DNA from: Callorhinchus milii
Lineage: Eukaryota
Reading direction: 5' to 3'
DNA: 64,000 bases
NCBI RefSeq assembly: GCF_018977255.1
Contig: NW_024704742.1
Location: forward strand, 50,408,001-50,472,000
Part shown: positions 55,071 to 64,000 of the stretch, piece by piece
How the letters are laid out: the number at the start of each line of letters is the position of its first letter
How positions within the stretch are numbered: the first letter of the stretch is position 1
Made by a program: the position numbers and the translations under genes
The notes under the pieces: generated by a model
What the model was told of the DNA's origin: nothing
Databases searched by the model: none
The model's input: the letters and a program-made list of their open reading frames with translations, nothing else

Positions 55071-56168
55071 CCACAGCCAATTTGGATCAATTCATCTAAA
55101 GTGTGTAGGTATAGGGAATCAGAGATAAAAATGGTAAAACCAAGCTTTGATAGATCAAGAGACAACTGAACAAAATCTAAATCATTGGCTTCAAATCTTG
55201 CTTTAATATTATTTTGACCTTCTACTTTCTAATAATGATGGATTTACAGGAGATACTGTTTAATGTTTCTACTGGGACAGATTATTATATCATCTGTGCA
55301 AATGTCAAATAATATGGTGGCATTCATAGAATATAACTTTCAATCTGAATCTAGCCTCAGAAGAACAAGGTTTATCCTAGTTTTAACACACCAAACCTTA
55401 GAGGCAGTCAATAGAAACCTTAAGATCGCTGGAATACATCAGGGTGAAATTCAGTGAATTTAATAGATTTCTTCAAAATTATGAAAGGTTTTGAAAGATT
55501 AAATAATAGTCGTCTCTGAAATACCAATACTCAGAAATGCAGTAACAAGAAAGAATAAGCATAGTATTATTACTGGAAAGAGTTAAGGGAAAAGATAGAA
55601 GACACTTTTTCATGCTCATCAGAACCTAGAACACTTTGCCACAAGTGTCTATTGAAGGCTGAGACCACAACATTTGAAGAGAAACAACAAAACACAATAA
55701 CAACAAAATTACATTTATAGAGCGCTTTTCACATCGGGAGGACATCCCAAAGCATTGAGAAGAGGAAGAACATAAAGGAGTACAGGGAAATTTGACCTAG
55801 AGTCATTAGCTCCCTCCTGTAGATGAGCTGGCTCCATCTTAGGCTCAATTGACTGAATGGCCTCCACCTATGCTGCAATTTAATTTATACTACCATCTAT
55901 GAAATTGTGAGAACAAATTTTAATGGCAGCTTGTACTGTGCCAAGATTTTTCTTTGTTCTGTTATTGCTCAGTATCTAGCTTCTTGCTTATCCTTGTAGA
56001 TAGTTAATGAGCATCTGAACAAGCATCTGGGCCTGTCAGATAACGTGATGTGGGAAATATATGAAGTAGAACTAATGGCATAGTCATTTTACATTAGAAC
56101 CTTTCTACTTCTATAAAACCTATCAGAAAAAAACAGCTTGAAATTAAAATCATAGTGACTATACTATT

Positions 56169-56735
56169 TGGGGAACAAGTAAGCAGGATCTGCTTGGAAT
56201 TCAGCTGGTTCCAAGGTGACATGTTTGGTAACAGAATGTCAGAAGGAAGCCCACCCTGTGTGGCGGACTGGATAATCCTGTTCCTGAGCCAGGCAGATCC
56301 TCAGTATTCCAGGGCACTGCTGATGACAGCACAGGGGGTTCATCGACAGGACTTGAAAGGCTAGACCAGTCACTGGAGTCAGGAAATCATCCCACTTAGC
56401 TCCTGTTAACCATATAAGCCAAAGCCCTAATGAGTAGTCTGGTCCCAGCTGGACAAGCAGCGGGAAAGCTTGCCAGACAGTGCTTTCAATGACAAGCTAT
56501 GTGGTTAGACTCCAGCTGTACCCCAACTCTGGGGACCCAAACCTTGTCTCTTGTCAACTTGCACGTAATGCCCTCTGGAGTTAGGTAAGCATGATGCATC
56601 CCTCCTGGGAGACAGTGCATATTCTATTCCAATAAACGTCTCGGGAATTTCCATGTTTAAGTAAGATACACAAAACTCTGTTTGGTTCGGATATGAGTTT
56701 CCACATATGTCAGACATCCAGCTGACCAAAAAAAA
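56169..56735 (+). repeat. Family X copy with both apparent ends
   Basis: AATAAA near 56630; ends cagctgacc followed by an A tract. Confidence 0.82.
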
Positions 56736-57880
56736 TGAAAATCATTCATGAAGTATTTGAATTGGAATAAAAGCTCAGTATGTGGCATTACCTGGATCAC
56801 TGAATACCAAAAACAATACAGTATATTCTTAAAATTGTCCTTAGATTTTAGCCCTTCCGTTCTCCCAACTTTGGTCATTGTGACATAGAGATGCTGTCCA
56901 GCCCTTAGACTAATTGCAGAGGAAAGCAATGGTGATGATTCCCAGTTGTTGGAGGAATGAGCAAAGAGCAATGAGAAATGATTAGACAAGCTCGGGATCT
57001 GGAGTCTTGACTTCTCCAATACCCTCCTTATTGAATTCCCGGCTTTACCATCCACAAATTCCAATCTATGTAAACTTTATCCACTCACAATCTTATCCAC
57101 ACTAAGCTTCACAAGTTCATCACCCCTATCATGACCAGGCTCCACTGACTCTTTGTTGTTCAACAGATCGACTTCAAGATCTTCTGTTTCAATATATTCT
57201 CTGCGTCTCCCTACCTCTGTGACCTTCACTAGCCTCACTCTCCTGCTCGTCCCCAATGCTCAGCTAATTTGGGTTTGGTGCCCTGACCCCTATCCACATT
57301 CAATGACTAAGTCTTTAGCCACTGTGCCCCTAACATCTGGAACTCTCCCCTTAAATCTCTCTGCCTCACCCTCTCTCTCTATCTTTACAAGCTTTTTTTC
57401 TCTTTAGCCATGCGCAAGATCATTTCCCTTCACCAATGTCCCCTACCATCTCTGTAAAGCAGTTTAACAGGTTACTATGTAAAAAGTGCTATATAAATGC
57501 ATGTTGTTCTTAATTCAACTTTCAAATTAGATATCCCTATTGCAGAATGGAACTAAAACCTTATGATCTAAATAGGAACCAGGGGCAGAGAAATAATTTG
57601 CTATGATTATTTCTTCCGCAAGACCGATTGAAATGGAAACAACTTATTGTGTGTGGAATGGTGCAATCAGATGTTCCTTAATCACAATTTTAATTTTGTG
57701 GTTGTGTTCATCGCCCATTAATTGCTGAGGGAGCTTTCTGCAAACAAGTACAGTCCATAATCACACTGCTGGCTTGTGGAAGCAAGGTCAGCTCAGGGAT
57801 ACAGGGAGGCCAGCACTCCGTTAGCTAGCAGGAGAACCACACACATTTGTTTTTCATGTTCTATTGCCCCAGATGCAGCA

Positions 57881-58816
57881 TGTTAGAAAATAAAATCAGC
57901 CATAATCCATTTGCAACCAGATATCAGACTGTTTTATTATTATTCGTTCGTTATGCCTCAATATTCCGATGGGTCAGACCAAAGGCCGGTACAATCAACA
58001 GATCTTATAACAGAATAATACCACCGTAGATATCTCGAGTTCAACACCGTGACTTTACAGCACACAAGCTTGATTCTTCATGCTTTCAGTCTTCTTGCTT
58101 ACAGCTTTCAATCTTCCATCTGATATCTTCAGTCTTAGCGTTTCTAGCTCTCAGTCGTCCATCTCCCGTACCCTTGTTTCCGCAGCCCGGGACGGCCCCA
58201 TCTCCCGTACCCTTGTCTCCGCAGCCCGGGACGGCCCCATCTCCCGTACCCTTGTCTCCGCAGCCCGGGACGGCCCCATCTCCCGTACCCTTGTCTCCGC
58301 AGCCCGGGACGGCCCCATCTCCCGTACCCTTGTCTCCGCAGCCCGGGACGGCCCCATCTCCCGTACCCTTGTCTCCGCGACCCGGGATGGCCCCGTACAC
58401 AAAGTTATCGGAGCTCTTATACCGATATTCGTCCAATCATGGTGCGGACATTAGATCTCCTGTCGAAATCATGCTGGGTTCACGTGAACACCTCATGGGG
58501 TGTACGTGCCTCAGCACACATACACATTGTCCTTAAGACCCCTGTTACCTGACCCTTGTTAATTTGTTAGGTAGGATCATTAGTACATTCCTTTTAAGTG
58601 ACTGGTTATTTCTTATCAGTATCCCGGGATGGTACCAAGGTCCTCTAGCTTAAGCAACTTGCTCATTAGCTGCTATTCTTGAGGGTTGCCTTTTGTTGCT
58701 CTTGAGTGTTAATCATGAGTGTCAGTCCAGTTGCCCCCCACACTTAACTTAAAAGTTAACCCATTCGCAACATCTATTATGATTCTAACATTATACAAAA
58801 AGTGTAAATTCTAACA
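57881..58816 (-). mobile_element. Probable solo LTR (ERV- or Gypsy-type)
   Basis: TGTTAGAA...TTCTAACA inverted termini; flanks agca/agga match 3 of 4. Minus-strand TATAA at 58421-58417 and AATAAA at 57938-57933. An alternative end lies at 58790. Confidence 0.72.
58159..58392. repeat. Six tandem 39-bp GC-rich units inside the LTR
   Basis: Unit ccatctcccgtacccttgtctccgcagcccgggacggcc; units 2-5 are identical. Confidence 0.97.
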
Positions 58817-59795
58817 AGGATGAAAACTTACTTTGGGTTTCTCTTCTGGAGACATGCATCATTTATACTGCAAACCTAAAGAGTATTTCTACATGCAGAT
58901 TTCTCTCATTAATCAATAAGTTTTAACGCTTTATTTATTTTGGTGCCAGATATTACTTTAGCTTTCTTGCAGTATTCCCTCATTCTGATCGCTTTATGTC
59001 ACTGAATATCAATATGAGCGCTTGTCCAAGTCAATAGCCCAGTTTACACTGATCCAAATGAATTAACTACCCCTCCTCCATTCTTCTGGTTGAATGGTCT
59101 TCTGGTTGTATGTGAATTTTAATGGTCCAAGTTCCTACATTCAAGTGGATGGTGATGTCTGAAGGTCCCCAGCACTGAGTACACTACTATCAACTACAGA
59201 GGGGTTGATGAAACATTTTATTAAGTTCACTCCAGCCTGTGTGTTTCTATCAACTAATTCAAACTTACTTTGGAGCTAAAGCAATTGCTCTGGTGAGATT
59301 GAAATTTGCTCATTAGAGTTTGATCCCAGTACAGTTGATGTGCACCATTTGGGCAGTGACTTTTAATGCAGAAAACGATTAAATTAGAACTCAGCTTGAA
59401 TTGCCAGTGCCGGATAAATGAGGTTTAAAATAACATCAGTGTATAGGTGGAAAATTCTTGTAAAATGTTAGAGATGACTTACAAGTCTACGAAAGGCATG
59501 GCTGGGAATGAAGGTTAATAACAAGAAATGATTTATGTAATGCAATGATTATTGAAGGAATACATTTGGTATTAGTCATGATTCATGAGTAACATCTCAA
59601 AGAAAATGTACGGTCGTTGTTCCCATTTGTATTTTCTGTTCTGCTATTTCCCATCTTTATGTGCAGTCATACGTATCACTGCAAAAGGCAATTTGCTCGT
59701 CTTAGATCTGCTGAAGTTCAGAACCAGCTCAATTATTTTCATGTAAGTTCCTGTATTTTAAGTGAGACGTGTACTACTATAATGCTCTATACTAG

Positions 59796-60117
59796 TAATA
59801 ATAATAATAATCCTTGCATTTGATATAGCGCTTTTCACGTCAGGAGGACGTCGCAAAGGGCTTCACAGAACACACTGTAAAGTGAATTGACTGTATATTT
59901 GTGGGCGAACGCGGCAGCCAATTGCACACAGCAATGTCCCACAAACAGTCGTAGATTGAAAATGACGAATTTATTACTGTTTTTGGTTTTGGAGGGATTA
60001 TTATTAGGCGTGTGGAGTAAGGAAACTTGCCCAAGGTTTCGCCCTGCCTGGAATTGAACTCAGGTCTCTCACTTGCAAAGCGAGTGCTCTAACCACTGAG
60101 CTACAGGACTCCACAAG
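59796..60117 (-). mobile_element. Full-length tRNA(Ala)-derived SINE
   Basis: Reverse complement closely matches 29006-29335. Confidence 0.93.
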
Positions 60118-60123
60118 CATGTG

Positions 60124-60392
60124 TGCCTTGCACCACTGGCGGGAGAGCCTTCAGCCACTCTGCCCCCAACCTCTGGAATTCCATCCCCCAATTACTCCGC
60201 CTCGCCCCCTCCTTAGCCTCCTTCAAGTCCCGCCTCAAGATCTTCCTCTTCGACCAGAGCATCGGTCACCCCCCTTCCTCTCCACTTCCCCCTGACCCCA
60301 GCTTGGGTCTGAAATGCTGTACACTGTCCAGTGCCTTGGGACGCCCTCCCAACTTGAAAGGCGCTATACAAATGTAATCTTGTTATTGTTGT
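60124..60392 (+). mobile_element. L2 3' fragment
   Basis: GGRAFSHSAPNLWNSIPQ...LKIFLFD and the tail. Confidence 0.88.
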
Positions 60393-60574
60393 CTTGAGTC
60401 TGTCACTTTGAGAATTGGGCTACGTAAATCTCATAAACTGTTTAAAAGAGGAAAAGGGTGAAAATAAATCTGTTGAATTTGGAAAAACATCCAGGTTTCA
60501 AAATTAACACTTAGATAGAGTAATATTGCAGGTTTCATATTTGGCATTCTATGGAGCCTAATATGTGCCATATC

Positions 60575-61980
60575 TCCTTCGTCTTTCACTTTGTTTCTCA
60601 CCACTCTTTGCATGAGTCATTGCAATCTGCCTTCCACCTTTCCCATGGCACCAAGACAGCTCTGGTCAAATTCACAAAAGACATAATCTCCATCTGCAAC
60701 TCTGGCTTCCTATGCTGTCTTGTCCACTTTAATCCCTCTGCAACTTTTGACACTTTTGACTACTTTTCATCCTCCTTGGTGGGAAGGTAAGCTGGATGTC
60801 CTTGGAGCTGAGTTGGCTCCAAGGTGATATGCTTGCAAATGGAATATGGGAGTCAGTCCTCTGTGGTGATCCTAGTAGGTCAGTTCCTGAGCCAGGCTGG
60901 TCCAATAGTACTCTAGGGCACTGTTGATGAGAGACCAGCCAGTCGGGCTCATTGGCAGGACACAGAGATGCTTATTGGTCACTAGGGGCAGGGATTCTAC
61001 CCCTTTGGCTTCTGTTAACTTTGCAAGCCACAGCCATGATGGATAGGGTGGTCCTAGCTGGACAAGCAGTTGGGTGTTTGCCACACAGTGCTCTCAACGC
61101 CAAGCTATATGCTTTCAGCTGTTGAAACTCTAGCAATTTCCCAATGCACACTCTGGAGTCCCCAAGCCTTGGATTGTGCCAGCCTTTGCCAAATACTCAC
61201 TAGAATTAGGTACAAGTGACTGCAGTGACTTCCATACTTACTTGGATGACACCTAACTCTACCTTTTTGTCTCTACCCTCAACTCCAGGACTACTGTTGT
61301 CCTGACAGACTGTCTGTTAGATATCAATTCCTGAATGAGCTACAACTTTGTCCAACTCAACATTGACAACAACTCTGAGGCGACCATGCTCCCACCAGTA
61401 TTCCTTCACCTCAGTCACTGACCGTATCAACCTCCCCACTTGTTCACTGCTACTCGCAGAGCATGTGCAGTGTCAGGGTTTTGTTTGTCCCTGAACTCTT
61501 CTTCAAACCTTTCATCCAGTCTCTGAACAAGTTGCTTTCTTTCATCTCCACAACAATAACCGCTTCCATTACCTCACCCCAAAACAGCCAAAATCCTCAT
61601 CCACACCTTGTCACCTCCAGACTTGATTTCTTCAACACCCAGATCTCCAACCTCCCCAGCTCCACCTTCCACAAGGTCCAGATCATGCAGAACTCTGTAG
61701 CTTGCACCATCTCCTTCACTAGCACCTAGGCCCCAACTCTACTATTCTCAACTGGCTCCCTGACCCCCAGCAGATCAACTTTAACATCTTTGCTCATACG
61801 TTCAAATGCTTCTACAGTCTTGCCAACGTATAGCTAAGTGATCTCCAGAGACCCTTTGTTCCCGGACAGTTCCTCTGCTCCACCGAATATGATCTGACTT
61901 ATGCCACTCACCCGTTCTGCTCCGTTCCATCTTTGTAAAATGCTTCACAACATTCTTCCTAAATGAAATGTGTTATTTAA
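60575..61980 (+). mobile_element. Old L2 remnant interrupted by a family X copy (60780-61215)
   Basis: LQSAFHLSHGTKTALVK...ATFDT before the insert; a DDT-like motif, TSRLDFFN and QNSVA after it. Confidence 0.75.
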
Positions 61981-62689
61981 CTGCCAATTATTGTAATTGT
62001 ATGTAAACCATGTGTAACTATATGGTGCTAGTGAGGGAGAATATATGTGTGCTGAAAACTGCAGGTGCTAGTAATTGTGTATTTAACGATTGAAAGTAAT
62101 TGGTTGTGAATTATATCATTGTTGGCATACTAATTCCCTCTGTATATTTTTATTTGAAGGTGATTTAATGCATATACATTTAAACATGGCACATAATAAA
62201 CCTCTCTTGCTCCACTAGTCAAACTGGTGTCAAACCAAGTTGTGACCACATAGACTCATGGTTTACCTTTCACAATGACACTTCATTATTCTGTACATGT
62301 TAACTCAGAAAGAAATACAGAACCATACGATCAATTATTGTGTGTGAAAGAGACCTTGTATCACCCCATACAGAAAGACTACCAGCCAGACCTTTTCAAA
62401 TCCTAGTATTGACCTACATTCATTCCCTAGCTTCTGTGAGGAGGCAGGTTTGTTAGATTAAGTCAGAAAAAGGAATGTTAATAAGGAAACTTCATGTCAG
62501 ATACTTGCTCATGTAGCTGTCAAATTGATGGAGACATCTGCGATCTGAATCAGCAATCCAGACCAAAGAAGACATGGGAAGGGGAATGAGGGAGACACAG
62601 AGAGGAAATATAAGTGACATTGAACCAACTAATGTGTTTTTTTCCTCAAGAAAATAAAATAATGGGGTCTAATGCTAGCAAAGCTTTTA

Positions 62690-63060
62690 TTCTGTCCTTG
62701 AAGTGATCTAGGGGTACAAATATATGGATCTTCAAAGATAAGAGATCTAGGTACAAAACACCATCAAAAGGCAAACGGGATTTAGGGGGTTATATATAAT
62801 AGCATTAAATACGATAGTAACAAAGTGATAAATTTATACAAAACGTTGGTCAGATAGCATTTGAGAGAATACATGTAATCGTGGGTACCCCATTATAGAA
62901 AGGACATAAGAGCTATGGAAAGAGTACAGATGTGAATGGCTGTAGATTGCGTTAATAGGCTAAAAAATGTGAAATCCTATTTGACTATTATTAGAGCAGA
63001 GAATGTTAAGAGGGGATCTCCAGAGATTTCTACAATTCTAAAAGATTTTGAAAGTAATGG
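62690..63060 (+). mobile_element. Old CR1 ORF2 remnant
   Basis: Degenerate LYKTLV...PHYRKDI...ERVQ motifs. A similar remnant lies at about 55370-55870. Confidence 0.65.
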
Positions 63061-63080
63061 TATTGAAAGATCATTCCAAC

Positions 63081-63287
63081 TGGAATCCCATAGCTCAGTG
63101 GTTAGAACACTCGTCTCGCAAGCGAGAGACCTGGGTTTGATTCCCAGCAAGGTCAAAACCTTGGGCAAGTTTCCTTACTCCACATACCTGATAATAATCC
63201 CTCAAGAAAACCAAACAATAATAAATTGGTCACTTCAATCCACAACTGTTTGTGGGACACTGCTGTGCACAATTGGCTGCCGCGTTT
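63081..63287 (+). mobile_element. tRNA-derived SINE cut off by the adjacent CR1
   Basis: Head and body are present; the sequence switches to the CR1 tail at 63288. Confidence 0.88.
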
Positions 63288-64000
63288 CATAGAATTATAT
63301 AGCACAGAAGGAGACCATTCAGCCCATCGTGTCTGTGCCAGCCAGCTCTTTGAAAAGAGCTATCCAATTCAATCCTATTCCCCAGCTCCCTCCCCATAGC
63401 CTTGCAAACTTGTCCTCCCCAAATAATGATCTACTTCTCTCTTAAAAGTTGTTATCGAATTGGCTCCACCATCCTTTCAGACAATGCATTCCACATCCGA
63501 ACTATTCTTGTGTGAAAAAAATTCTCCTCACCTCCCATCTGTTTCTTTTAACAACTATTTTAAATCAGTGTCCTTGGGTTACTGACAACATGCCAGTGAA
63601 AATAGTTTCTCCTTGTTCATCCTATTGAATCCCCTCACAATTTTGAAAATTTCTATTAAGTCTCCTCTTAACCTCCTCTGCTCCAAGGAGAATAATCCCA
63701 GCTTCTCTAACCTCTCCTGATAACTGAAGTCCCTCATTCCTGGTACCATCCTGGCAAATCTCCTTTGCACCCTCTCCAATGCCTTGACATCCTTCCTAAA
63801 GTGTGATGCCCAGAACTGAACACAGTCTCGCGCTGAGGCCTAACCAGTGTTTTATGGAGGTTCGTCATAACTTCCTGACTTTTGTATTCTATGCCCCTAT
63901 TTATAAAGCCGAGTATCCCGTATGCTTTTTTTTTAAAAACAGCTTTATCTACTGAGTCCTGCTACCTTCAAAGATTGATTTATATGAACCCCCAGGTCTC
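63288..64000 (-). mobile_element. CR1 LINE 3' fragment, running off the window end
   Basis: ERVQRRFARMVPGMRDFSYQERLEKLGLFSLEQRRLRGDL; same subfamily as 39001-39940. Confidence 0.95.

Noticed and set aside
58159..58392. CRISPR array, or a repeat protein from ORFs 58080-58536
   Set aside because: The units are contiguous with no spacers and the context is eukaryotic. The ORFs stay open in several frames only because the 39-bp unit lacks stops.

Overview
This is vertebrate genomic DNA, not prokaryotic. The repeat complement (L2 and CR1 LINEs, tRNA-derived Deu-type SINEs, HER1-like tails) suggests a cartilaginous fish, possibly a chimaera; that assignment is inference. The window lies inside two very large introns of a GABA-A receptor beta-subunit gene. 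The only host coding sequence I found is one 221-bp internal exon (42683-42903, + strand), equivalent to exon 4 and closest to GABRB1. The rest is intronic: many, mostly antisense, L2 fragments (one about 2.8 kb with EN and RT remnants), CR1 3' fragments, two SINE families sharing the L2 3' stem-loop, two probable solo LTRs, 3' ends of a Tx1-like LINE, a hAT remnant, small fold-back elements and an unclassified 500-600 bp repeat. Nearly all other ORFs in the track are transposon debris or chance frames. I found no convincing new multi-gene system. The best leads are nested inverted repeats around the exon, a solo LTR with a hairpin array at its predicted transcription start, and the unclassified repeat. 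Repeat boundaries were read by eye and are approximate unless a TSD or junction is given.
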